IMG/VR virus record: IMGVR_UViG_3300029183_000019
Coordinates: 1 to 34,794 of that record
Origin: a virus
Strand: one strand, 5' to 3'
Length of the DNA stretch: 34,794 nt
Numbering within the stretch: position 1 is the stretch's first letter; each line of letters begins with the position of its first letter. Both the position numbers and the translations under genes were made by a program. The notes beneath the pieces were generated by a model. It worked only from the letters and a program-made list of their open reading frames with translations. It was not told the DNA's origin and did no database searches. Positions 8,732 to 16,508 of the stretch are shown here, one piece after another.

Positions 8732-10951
8732 TTAGATGGCACTAGTTGGCGCAACAGGAGGAGGCTCTGGGGTCCCAGGCTGAGAAGCATCGAGTGGAGG
8801 TAAGTCTTCTTGAACTGGAAGTTGTGGTTCTCCACCAAGTTCCGGATTAACAGGAATTTGCGGTGCTTCAGCCAAAGGTCCCTGAGTTAAGGCCCCTTCT
8901 TGCTGCGGTTCTTCCAATTCAGCTGTTTCAGGCATTGCTTGGCCGACAAAGAAAATCGGAAATAACGCTTCGTTACCAAGCTGCTCTTGTAATTTGGGTG
9001 AAAACTTCGCTTTGCGAGATAAATAATACTCGTGCACAAGTATGTGATCTTTTAGTTTCTTTTGAATTCTTAACGGAGTCGCTTCTTTGAAAGCATAGCT
9101 TTGCAGTGTGCGAACATGAATCTGCCAGTGAGTCAGATGATCTTCAAACTCTTTTACTCCGGCAGTCTTATCTCCATTTAAAATCATTTCATCTTCAGCT
9201 TCAGCTGACCTAACCGCCTGAGTGGCTGCATTGATAAACTTGTCACTTTGAGCCAGATCAAGCATGTCAAGCACCTGAGCGCTTGAGAACATGTCTGGGA
9301 ATTTATCGCTAAGATCAATGAGTGTTTGAGTTCTGGCAGCTTTGGACTGCGGTAGGGCAGATGAGTTTTGAACTCGAATGTCGTAAGCTTTAGACAAATG
9401 AGCTGAATCAAAAAACCTTGTTTGCCATTGCTCATTTTTGCCTAAAATACGCACAATTCTTTTGTCAGTAGAATCGTAATAATCCCCAGCTATAGCTAGC
9501 GTCTTAATCGCTGTTCGTCTAATGAAGCTATTAAACTTCTTGATGGATTCATTAAATCGTTCTGATTCTTGTTCATTTAAAAACTGAAGGGCTACTCCAG
9601 ATTCAATGCCTTGGGGTGGCTCCCCGCGGGATACTCCAAAGACTCCAGCGATTTGCTGAAACTCCTCTTTGAGAGCCGCTCTAAAAGTGAAAACTTCCGG
9701 TGGTGTAGGCGATGCCTGAACGAGCTGAGGGGGCTGAGGGCCTTTGTATTGAACAATCGTGATGTCGTTTCCAAGGGATTTAATCGAAGCCGACCCAGCC
9801 GGCATGACCCACTTTGGATGTGAGCACATGAACTGATTGCGCTGGACCATATTAGTAAGATTATTGTACGTGCTTGTGAGCGCTTTAACCGTTTCAAAAA
9901 ACGACCATCCATGAACTGACCCTGGAATATCGATATCAGTGAAGCGCTCAAACGGTAGCTCCATATGAGAATAAGGAAACTCAGTGTTTAAAAGAACTTC
10001 GTCTTTGGTGAAAACCATCATGCGTCCACGTGGCATAGCCGGCGTTCGCCTGTGGTAAAACTCCCAAATAACAACTTCATTAACGAGCTTGCGCGCTTCT
10101 AGTGTGTCGAAATCAAACTCTTCGAAGTCTTTGGAGTTTTTTATCTTATCCGCTGCATCAGGATACTTTCGTCTTGCCTCTTCAACTTGCATGACCTTGC
10201 GACGAAAGCAGTACTCTACCTTAGCGAATCGCTCCCTTTTTTGAAGGTACATGTCCCAAGGCATGACGACTTCATAATCAACATCACCAATCTTAACGGG
10301 CTTCTCAACGAAGATGGCATTGCCTAGTTCGTCTTTTTCTTGTTTGCCGTCTTCACCAAGCAGTGGAATTTTCTCTCCTTCTTCAGGAGAATCCGGATGG
10401 TTGTCTCCGAGATCAGGATTCCACGTAATAAATAGGTATGCTTCCCCTAAAATCTTGGCGATTTTTGTGACTTCAGACGTGATATCTCCGTCAAAATCCT
10501 TGATGTACCAAATATGCTTTAGTAATGAGTCCGTAATCTTAGCACTAACTTTATCCTCAAATTCATCGCTGGTCGGCAGGACTGCGACTGCAGGCTTGAA
10601 TTTGACAAGTCGTGAGACCAGATTTTGGGTGAGATCAAAGAGGTGATTGACCACGATTTTGGGAAAGGCTCGCGATCGGTTTACGCCTTCTTCGCGTCTG
10701 TCCTGCCGAACATCTTGAGTCTCGTACTGAATCCCTCGATACAAAGCGAGGTTACGCTTCATACGTCTGATTCTTTCAGTAGAGATCTCTTTTAAGAAAT
10801 TCAGCTCACCAGTGAGCCACTTATGGACAGACTGCTCGTTGTTCTTGTCATCAAGGTCAAACGACCAAAGGGCTTTACTTGGCCTTGCAATATCAGCGGT
10901 CGCATCGAGCGACTCAAACGGGTCGAACGCTCCGGAAGCCAATCCCCCCAC
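8732..10951 (-). CDS. Portal protein
   Basis: 739 aa. Its size and position fit a portal (downstream of terL, upstream of scaffold and MCP), and it has an acidic, Pro-rich C-terminal tail. The start is ambiguous: GTG at 10951 or TTG at 10942. Confidence 0.88.
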   Translation of the reverse strand: MGGLASGAFDPFESLDATADIARPSKALWSFDLDDKNNEQSVHKWLTGELNFLKEISTERIRRMKRNLALYRGIQYETQDVRQDRREEGVNRSRAFPKIVVNHLFDLTQNLVSRLVKFKPAVAVLPTSDEFEDKVSAKITDSLLKHIWYIKDFDGDITSEVTKIAKILGEAYLFITWNPDLGDNHPDSPEEGEKIPLLGEDGKQEKDELGNAIFVEKPVKIGDVDYEVVMPWDMYLQKRERFAKVEYCFRRKVMQVEEARRKYPDAADKIKNSKDFEEFDFDTLEARKLVNEVVIWEFYHRRTPAMPRGRMMVFTKDEVLLNTEFPYSHMELPFERFTDIDIPGSVHGWSFFETVKALTSTYNNLTNMVQRNQFMCSHPKWVMPAGSASIKSLGNDITIVQYKGPQPPQLVQASPTPPEVFTFRAALKEEFQQIAGVFGVSRGEPPQGIESGVALQFLNEQESERFNESIKKFNSFIRRTAIKTLAIAGDYYDSTDKRIVRILGKNEQWQTRFFDSAHLSKAYDIRVQNSSALPQSKAARTQTLIDLSDKFPDMFSSAQVLDMLDLAQSDKFINAATQAVRSAEAEDEMILNGDKTAGVKEFEDHLTHWQIHVRTLQSYAFKEATPLRIQKKLKDHILVHEYYLSRKAKFSPKLQEQLGNEALFPIFFVGQAMPETAELEEPQQEGALTQGPLAEAPQIPVNPELGGEPQLPVQEDLPPLDASQPGTPEPPPVAPTSAI

Positions 10952-10957
10952 ACTCCT

Positions 10958-11188
10958 TTAAGCTATGTTATCGAACGGATCTTTTTTTAAAGCTTTTACC
11001 GTTTCTTCATTAAGCGACTCAAAGTCTTGCTCATGTTTCTTGAGTTCTTTACTCCAAGGGTCAACATAAGAAACTTGATGTGTCGATTTTTGCATAGCCT
11101 TTAATTCAATGTACAGATACACCAATGCGCCAGTCAAGATAACAATGAGTAGATAGCTTAACGATAATAAGAAAACAATACTATCCAT
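10958..11188 (-). CDS. Small membrane protein with an N-terminal TM helix and a charged C-terminus
   Basis: MDSIVFLLSLSYLLIVILTGALVYLYI is followed by a charged tail. ATG at 11188 (the track's first M is a GTG at 11194). Confidence 0.6.
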   Translation of the reverse strand: MDSIVFLLSLSYLLIVILTGALVYLYIELKAMQKSTHQVSYVDPWSKELKKHEQDFESLNEETVKALKKDPFDNIA

Positions 11189-11226
11189 ACACACTTTGTA
11201 GCATAGCTTAATAGTATTTGTATTTG

Positions 11227-11463
11227 CTAATCTAAAGAAACGCCAGACTCACCAACGGTCTGATGCCACATCTCTCTGACGTCACACCAATCAGTCGCTG
11301 TATTATCTGAGTATTTGTATTTGGATCTGAGAGTGTTCGTCCATTCTTCGAACAAAAGCCGCAGTTTTTGCGCTTGCATTATATTGTCGTAGTCGTATCT
11401 GTCCTCTTCCTCGTTAAGGTTGAGCTCAATCGTCACTTTCATTTTACCTTTGGTCACCCTCAT
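11227..11463 (-). CDS. Hypothetical small acidic protein
   Basis: 78-aa ORF. An alternative ATG lies 21 nt downstream, after AAAGG. Confidence 0.6.
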   Translation of the reverse strand: MRVTKGKMKVTIELNLNEEEDRYDYDNIMQAQKLRLLFEEWTNTLRSKYKYSDNTATDWCDVREMWHQTVGESGVSLD

Positions 11464-11490
11464 AAAGAACTGATAGGATTACCAAAGATT

Positions 11491-11622
11491 ATGCCACTCA
11501 AACCAGGAAAATCCAAAAAGACAGTGAGTAAAAATATCCGCTCTGAGTTAGGTGCGGGCAAGCCTTTAAAGCAAGCCATTGCGATTGCTTTAGCGAAAGC
11601 TAAGATAAAAAAGAAAAAATAG
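11491..11622 (+). CDS. 43-aa very basic protein on the opposite strand (MPLKPGKSKKTVSKNIRSELGAGKPLKQAIAIALAKAKIKKKK)
   Basis: The ORF fits almost exactly into the only sizeable minus-strand gap (11464-11632). From memory, the KQAIAIALxKA core recalls a widespread family of small basic bacterial and phage proteins. The SD is weak. Confidence 0.45.
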   Translation: MPLKPGKSKKTVSKNIRSELGAGKPLKQAIAIALAKAKIKKKK

Positions 11623-11632
11623 TTTTACTTCT

Positions 11633-11788
11633 TTAATGCTCGAGCTTTTCAAGCTCATCAATCTTGTTTTGTAAATACATGCTGATGTTAGCTAATTCAG
11701 TAGCGAGCTCGCTTTCAACACCCGGGACTGCTCCTGCAAACTCTATAGCTCGATGAGCATTTGCCATATTATCAATTAGTGTTTTCAT
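11633..11788 (-). CDS. Hypothetical 51-aa coiled-coil-like protein, below the ORF-track cutoff
   Basis: My hand translation gives MKTLIDNMANAHRAIEFAGAVPGVESELATELANISMYLQNKIDELEKLEH. It overlaps the upstream gene by 17 nt. Confidence 0.4.
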   Translation of the reverse strand: MKTLIDNMANAHRAIEFAGAVPGVESELATELANISMYLQNKIDELEKLEH

Positions 11789-11987
11789 TTGCTCTTTTGT
11801 CATATTGCTTTTCCCTTACTCTAGACGATTGATAAAGCGTGCGCTTACGCTTCTCTGCCTTAAGCTCTTGCAGCAACTCATCCATAAACCTGCCACGCAT
11901 TTTGTAATAACAATCACAACAAAGAGGGATCTCCCAATCTTCGGTGTCAGCTAAAATTACGTGGCCACAAGGGCAGCTATTCCCCAT
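11772..11987 (-). CDS. Small zinc-ribbon-like protein
   Basis: CPCGH...CCDC cysteine pattern. ATG at 11987 lies 7 nt after AGGTGAG (the track's first M is a GTG at 11999). Confidence 0.6.
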   Translation of the reverse strand: MGNSCPCGHVILADTEDWEIPLCCDCYYKMRGRFMDELLQELKAEKRKRTLYQSSRVREKQYDKRANENTN

Positions 11988-12042
11988 GCTTAAACTCACC
12001 TGCAGATTGCTAACGAACTCACTGATAACACAATAGGTAAGG

Positions 12043-12432
12043 TCATTTTAAGGTCTCCTTGTTTCCTAAAACAATTTTCTCCAGAGTGTTTTTTTGCTTT
12101 ATTTCAGATTCACTCATTGCTTCAACAATTCTTTTTCTTGCTATTTCAATGCATTTGATAAGATCTCTGTGAGAGGCAACTATATTTTTATCTTTTCTTA
12201 CAACAAATCCCCAATTTTCATACGCTCCTCCAGCTTCAAATTCACATCCTATTGTTACGTTACTTGGGAATCCTGTTGGTGGGTTTTTGTATAGAAAGTT
12301 TAAAACTTCATTGTCTGTATTAGTTACTTTAATCAATTCTGATTCTTGAATGCCCTCATCCATTGCCACTCGTTTGTCCTGATAAGCTAAACAGGGCTCT
12401 TCACCGTTTTCATAAATATAATAAGACTTCAT
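12043..12432 (-). CDS. Hypothetical protein in an AT-rich island, a moron candidate
   Basis: 129 aa with its own AGGAGG SD. It is flanked by non-coding gaps of 90 nt and 55 nt. My hand count gives about 31-33% GC, against about 42% in a capsid-gene sample. Confidence 0.7.
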   Translation of the reverse strand: MKSYYIYENGEEPCLAYQDKRVAMDEGIQESELIKVTNTDNEVLNFLYKNPPTGFPSNVTIGCEFEAGGAYENWGFVVRKDKNIVASHRDLIKCIEIARKRIVEAMSESEIKQKNTLEKIVLGNKETLK

Positions 12433-12522
12433 AATTTTACAAGCCTCCTACGTCGCCAAGTCCTTTTCCCCAACGTAAATTGAACAACTAAAACTCATAG
12501 CCCATATCGGTTTTTCTTGTTT

Positions 12523-13986
12523 CTAATCGCTTATCCACAACTCGCTCTCATCATCTATATCGAATAAGTCTTTAGGTTCACCCATCTCATCAAGACTACG
12601 AAAGTCATCACTGATTCTCGCTGATCTAAATGATTCATCTTTACTTTCTAGATATTCTTTTTCTGGCTTCACTGAGTAGTACGCAGCATGCAATGTGTAA
12701 CGTAAGCAGTCAACCAAATGATCATCCTTTTTAGGGATTTTACCCTGTTTATCTTTATAAAGATTGTCCATCTCCCAAAACAATTTCTCACATCTGTTAG
12801 AGATTCTTAACTTTCCTTGCAACAAGGTATCTTTAATCAGACTAATCCCGTGCTCCTTTTTGTTTGTGGACTTATGTGTGGGTTGCCAGAAGTCTTGGAA
12901 CCGATCCATCATCTCTGAGCTAAACCATTTCTCTGCCTCATCATAAGTCTTGGTCCATTCGTATCTATCATTGAGTTCATCTAGCTTGCTGATGATCTTT
13001 AAACCCATTTGGTTGACACTCATCTTGGATTGATCTGATTCATAGAGCTCATCGAGGACGTACCACACCTTAGTATAAGGATTGAGCGCCATAAAGATCA
13101 CTGCGAATACGGTAGCCGCTGCGGGGTCAGCGGTAACATACCAGTGAAGTTTCTTTTGGTCTCGAGCAATCTCTCGTAAGATGTCTGCATGCTTAAATAC
13201 ATGTTTGTCTCTATCTAACATCCCGAATATCTTCGTAATCCCGCCTGGTACGAACTCAGCCATGTATTCACGCTGCCATTCGTCTTCTTCCCCTCTAAGG
13301 ATGAGTCTTTCTTCTTCAGCATCTAACCACTCCTTAGCAATAAATGGGTTGTGATTCGTTGGAGCTCGGTAAAAATACTTCTTGGGGTCTTCTTTATGCT
13401 CTTTTGCAAGTAAGGTGTAATCACATTCTCGATCAGGTGGGGACCCCATGAATAACTCCACACCATCTAACACTGCTGCATTAGGGCGCATGGCTTTACG
13501 AAACTCAGGGCGATGATCTTTATACTCATCATAAATACAAAGCTTAAACTTTACTCCACGATAAGCATCGAAGTTATCTGAACCATCCACTTTAATGAAT
13601 GACCCGTTTTTAAAATTAAGCCTTAACTCTGAGTTATTAATCCCTTTGTTTCCATCAAGCAGCCACTTGCGCGGTCCGAATGTTTGAAGCCTTGGATCTG
13701 CCCACAAGATCTCTTTAGCTTGTTTGGCATAAGGACCGATGTAGTAGCAAGGAACACCTGGGAACCAGTAAGCGAAATGCCAAAGCAAATCGATAGCTAT
13801 TTCTGTCTTACCCCACTTACGTCCACACTGAAGGAATACGGATGTGTATCCGTCATTGAGAATTGCTTTGCCGACTATCTTTTGATCTAAGTGCGGCTTC
13901 CACTTCTTTCTTAATTGTTTCGTCAATTCGTGAAAGCGTAACTGGCTCTCGGTTAACGAAGAGCTTGATGACTTCGAGGAGGGCAT
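12523..13986 (-). CDS. terL: Terminase large subunit
   Basis: 487 aa with Walker A-like QCGRKWGKTE, Walker B-like LCIYDEY, and a C-terminal nuclease-type region (HWYVTADPA ... DDHLVDCLRY). Confidence 0.93.
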   Translation of the reverse strand: MPSSKSSSSSLTESQLRFHELTKQLRKKWKPHLDQKIVGKAILNDGYTSVFLQCGRKWGKTEIAIDLLWHFAYWFPGVPCYYIGPYAKQAKEILWADPRLQTFGPRKWLLDGNKGINNSELRLNFKNGSFIKVDGSDNFDAYRGVKFKLCIYDEYKDHRPEFRKAMRPNAAVLDGVELFMGSPPDRECDYTLLAKEHKEDPKKYFYRAPTNHNPFIAKEWLDAEEERLILRGEEDEWQREYMAEFVPGGITKIFGMLDRDKHVFKHADILREIARDQKKLHWYVTADPAAATVFAVIFMALNPYTKVWYVLDELYESDQSKMSVNQMGLKIISKLDELNDRYEWTKTYDEAEKWFSSEMMDRFQDFWQPTHKSTNKKEHGISLIKDTLLQGKLRISNRCEKLFWEMDNLYKDKQGKIPKKDDHLVDCLRYTLHAAYYSVKPEKEYLESKDESFRSARISDDFRSLDEMGEPKDLFDIDDESELWISD

Positions 13987-13997
13987 CTCTATGTGCC

Positions 13998-14273
13998 TCA
14001 GCTATCATGAGCTTGAGTTCTATTTCTTTCACGATCACCAACTTCTCTAAAAAAATATCCTGCCAGGACTCCGCAGAAAAACATATGTTTTTTCGATCCG
14101 GTCTCAAGGCTAGAAGCCTTTAGTAACGCTTCATCAAATATAGTTTCGGCTCTTTTAAGGTCTTCTTTGAGCTCACATAAAAACTTTTCGCCAACCGAAA
14201 TATTTTTCTTTTCTAAATGTTCAAAAAATTGATCAAATAGCGTTTTACGCTGCTTTTCCACTCTTTTTGTCAT
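13998..14273 (-). CDS. Hypothetical protein between terS and terL. The C-terminal third is doubtful (see the frameshift finding).
   Basis: 91-aa ORF. The N-terminal 60 aa look helical and charged. After an A6 run (14088-14093) the sequence becomes unprotein-like, while a second frame stays protein-like. Confidence 0.4.
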   Translation of the reverse strand: MTKRVEKQRKTLFDQFFEHLEKKNISVGEKFLCELKEDLKRAETIFDEALLKASSLETGSKKHMFFCGVLAGYFFREVGDRERNRTQAHDS

Positions 14274-14637
14274 CCTTCTTTTTATCTGGCACTAATTCAA
14301 TATATCCACTCTCTTTAAGCGACGTTTTAAAGTCTTTAAATGTAGGAGGCCTGTTATCGTAGATCGCTACTGCTTCTACTTTATCTGTGAATCCAAGGAT
14401 ATTCTTTGATAACCAAATCATCATCGCCACGTTTCCATTATCAACAGCGGATCGAAACATGGCTCTACGTAAGCTGAGTTTGCCTTCTTCTTTTCCTTTA
14501 GCGACTAAATCCGAAAATCGGTTTTCAATGGTTTGCGGGTCACAATCAACAATTCTTGCAATTTCTACATTAGTGCAATGAAGCTTCGCCAACTCGAATA
14601 CTAGGTTTTCGTCTATTTTAAGCTTTTGTCGTGGCAT
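14245..14637 (-). CDS. terS: Terminase small subunit (HTH type)
   Basis: 130 aa. It has an N-terminal HTH (LAKLHCTNVEIARIVDCDPQTIENRF) and the motif NGNVAMMIWLSKNILGFTDK, typical of small terminases. It lies upstream of terL. Confidence 0.8.
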   Translation of the reverse strand: MPRQKLKIDENLVFELAKLHCTNVEIARIVDCDPQTIENRFSDLVAKGKEEGKLSLRRAMFRSAVDNGNVAMMIWLSKNILGFTDKVEAVAIYDNRPPTFKDFKTSLKESGYIELVPDKKKDDKKSGKAA

Positions 14638-14806
14638 CCTTCACCCAGATTTCAAAGTCATCGTTTTTTTGTTCAATCCTCACATGAGGCGTATCGATAA
14701 CTGTCCAACTAGAACGCATGAATCCCATCATCGCAGCACTCATACTCATTGAGTCGTCTGGATTTAAAATGTAGGCACTTAGCATGACTGCATCATTATC
14801 AACCAC
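14618..14806 (-). CDS. Small early protein, tandem paralog A
   Basis: 62 aa. Its C-terminus SSWTVIDTPHVRIEQKNDDFEIWVKD matches the neighbouring ORF. Confidence 0.6.
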   Translation of the reverse strand: MVDNDAVMLSAYILNPDDSMSMSAAMMGFMRSSWTVIDTPHVRIEQKNDDFEIWVKDATTKA

Positions 14807-15002
14807 TCTTAACCCAAACCCCGAATTCTTCGTCTTGTTTTTCCATCCTGATATTTTTCGTATCGAGCATGACCCAGTTTGATTGAAACAATTCCATTAA
14901 ACCTACATTCATCATGTGTTTTACGTTTGATTTATTGACGTATTTTAGGGGGTCGTCCTCGTTTTCGTTTGGGTGGTTCGATGTTGATTTTTGTTGGCTC
15001 AT
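14799..15002 (-). CDS. Small early protein, tandem paralog B
   Basis: 67 aa. SNWVMLDTKNIRMEKQDEEFGVWVKS parallels paralog A. GGAG lies 7 nt upstream of the ATG at 15002. Confidence 0.6.
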   Translation of the reverse strand: MSQQKSTSNHPNENEDDPLKYVNKSNVKHMMNVGLMELFQSNWVMLDTKNIRMEKQDEEFGVWVKSG

Positions 15003-15267
15003 TATCGACTCCGTTTGGCATGGGCTTTGGGGTATTGCCTCCTGCTTTCATTTCTTGGCATTTATATTTTATCTTAAGAAGCGTTTCGATGGAGAGGCTT
15101 TCTAGTCTTGCGTCGATGTCTTTTTTGATTTTACGAATGGCTTCTTCTTCAGCGGCTGTAGCAATCGCGTCATAGGTCATATCGACTTTGTGGACTTGTT
15201 TAGCGACGACGATTGCGTTTGTGATAAAATCGAAGATCTGTGCGTCATCAAGCGATCTGAATATCAT
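14932..15267 (-). CDS. Early protein with a C-terminal AT-hook-like motif (PKRKRGRPPK)
   Basis: ATG at 15267 (the track's first M is a TTG at 15276). The GRP core is flanked by Lys/Arg. The last 71 nt overlap the next gene. Confidence 0.55.
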   Translation of the reverse strand: MIFRSLDDAQIFDFITNAIVVAKQVHKVDMTYDAIATAAEEEAIRKIKKDIDARLESLSIETLLKIKYKCQEMKAGGNTPKPMPNGVDNEPTKINIEPPKRKRGRPPKIRQ

Positions 15268-15325
15268 ATAAAACAATTACAAATGTTATTACTAATTGTA
15301 AATGACGAAAGCTCTAACTCTCTTC

Positions 15326-15496
15326 TTATTTCATCTCGTGTACGCGTTTACGAGATTCGTTATTGAGCACGCTTGCGTAGTTGTTGGTCGCCCGGGCGTC
15401 ACCGACCCCAATTGGCTTTTTACGAGGAGTAAGCTGCTTGACTTTCTTTGTTGGGAATCCAGCATTTGACGGCATTTTAGGTTTTTGAGCTGCCAT
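15326..15496 (-). CDS. Possible 56-aa basic protein (MAAQKPKMPSNAGFPTKKVKQLTPRKKPIGVGDARATNNYASVLNNESRKRVHEMK)
   Basis: Hand-translated ORF in the 315-nt divergent control region. It has no SD and would need leaderless or unusual initiation. Confidence 0.3.
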   Translation of the reverse strand: MAAQKPKMPSNAGFPTKKVKQLTPRKKPIGVGDARATNNYASVLNNESRKRVHEMK

Positions 15497-15550
15497 GATT
15501 TGACGTTAACAGATTTGATTGAGTGGTCAAGCTTAAGAATTGAATTTATA

Positions 15551-15580
15551 TTGACGCGCAACGCAATTAACAATTACAAT
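15551..15580 (+). promoter_or_regulatory. Sigma70-like promoter candidate, TTGACG-N18-TACAAT
   Basis: Read directly. The -10 element overlaps an AACAATTACAA motif that recurs at 15272-15282. Confidence 0.4.
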
Positions 15581-15591
15581 ACTTATTGACA

Positions 15592-15864
15592 ATGAATATT
15601 TATAATTCTAATCCCATACTCATGTCAAACCACAAGAGAATTTTACTCAAGATAAAGCAACAGGCCAAACGACGAGTATTACAAGCCAAGGTGAACAAGG
15701 ATTTGTACGACCAAGTTACTGCGAGATTGCGTGAGCACAAGATCCCTTTGACTGTGTGGCTTGAGGCTCAACTGACTAATTTTCTTGAAGAAACCAAAGA
15801 AATGCCCTCCGACGAGGAAAAATCCGCATCAGCATCTAAATCTAAAAAATCAACTAAATCTTAG
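15592..15864 (+). CDS. Ribbon-helix-helix (Arc/MetJ/CopG-like) transcriptional regulator
   Basis: RVLQAKVNKDLYDQVTARLREHKIPLTVWLEAQLTNFLEE fits a strand-helix-helix pattern. The start is uncertain: ATG at 15592 (nearly leaderless) or ATG at 15622. The track's M is a TTG at 15586. Confidence 0.65.
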   Translation: MNIYNSNPILMSNHKRILLKIKQQAKRRVLQAKVNKDLYDQVTARLREHKIPLTVWLEAQLTNFLEETKEMPSDEEKSASASKSKKSTKS

Positions 15865-15941
15865 TTCCATCTGAACACTGTTATCACTCTAAAACAGTAT
15901 GACAATTTATAATCACAATTAACATGTCTTCACAGACACAG

Positions 15942-15970
15942 TTGATTAAAACACTTTCATTTAGTAAACT
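15942..15970 (+). promoter_or_regulatory. Promoter candidate, TTGATT-N17-TAAACT
   Basis: Read directly. It lies upstream of the small lipoprotein gene. Confidence 0.35.
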
Positions 15971-15992
15971 AAAATCATAGGAGATGATAACG

Positions 15993-16370
15993 ATGAGAAA
16001 ATGTATTATGCCGATATTAATACTTCTTGCTTCGTGTGGCTCTGAGGAGTCTGCGATGATGGAATCTCAGAATGCAGCCTCACCTGCTTGTGAGGGCCTG
16101 AGTGTAGTAGGCAGGTGGGACAACCAGCTTGCTGTAGAAATCATGGAAATTGCCAATGACTGTACAGGCGTATCAGATACTTGTTCTGTTAAGTTTAGTT
16201 TTACTCCTCCTGATGCGTCAAACATGACCACGGTCACGGTGACAGAGTCAGCTGGGACTGCTGGGTGTTTGCCAGTTGGGACACACACCTGTGGGATAGC
16301 AACGAGCAACAACGACAACTTACTGACTGTTGATTGCCTAGGTAACCTTGCGTTTTACGATCGTATCTAA
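15993..16370 (+). CDS. Small Cys-rich lipoprotein
   Basis: MRKCIMPILILLASC|GSEE is a signal peptide plus lipobox. ATG at 15993 lies 9 nt after AGGAG. Beyond the lipidated Cys, the mature part has 6 further Cys. Confidence 0.75.
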   Translation: MRKCIMPILILLASCGSEESAMMESQNAASPACEGLSVVGRWDNQLAVEIMEIANDCTGVSDTCSVKFSFTPPDASNMTTVTVTESAGTAGCLPVGTHTCGIATSNNDNLLTVDCLGNLAFYDRI

Positions 16371-16375
16371 AGCTT

Positions 16376-16454
16376 ACGCCTTCCCAATAGGCGTGAGATA
16401 GGGCATAATCATGGCTGAAGCGTTTGGGTGTTGTGAGTCACTTGAATGCTTCAG
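16376..16454. terminator. Two weak hairpins between convergent genes
   Basis: acgcct/aggcgt (16376-16394) and ctgaagc/gcttcag (16415-16454). Neither has a convincing U-tract. Confidence 0.25.
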
Positions 16455-16508
16455 TCTTGATTAATCCCAAAAACCTCTCAGATCCAAAATAACACCGCGT
16501 TAACCGAC

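Noticed and set aside
13853-14107. 84-aa ORF as an independent gene overlapping the terL start
   Set aside because: The track start is a TTG with no SD, and two-thirds of the ORF lies over the conserved terL N-terminus. I kept it only as the possible +1 continuation of the 91-aa ORF.
15331-15573. 80-aa minus-strand ORF in the divergent control region
   Set aside because: The sequence looks non-protein-like. It would also swallow the promoter region. A different frame (15326-15496) gives a somewhat more plausible small basic protein, itself only low confidence.
16371-16508. A possible tRNA or small RNA in the gap between convergent genes (also checked at 19052-19131 and 22450-22578)
   Set aside because: I found no cloverleaf-compatible arms and no T-loop (GTTCGAATC-like) or anticodon-stem pattern. 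Only simple hairpins are present.
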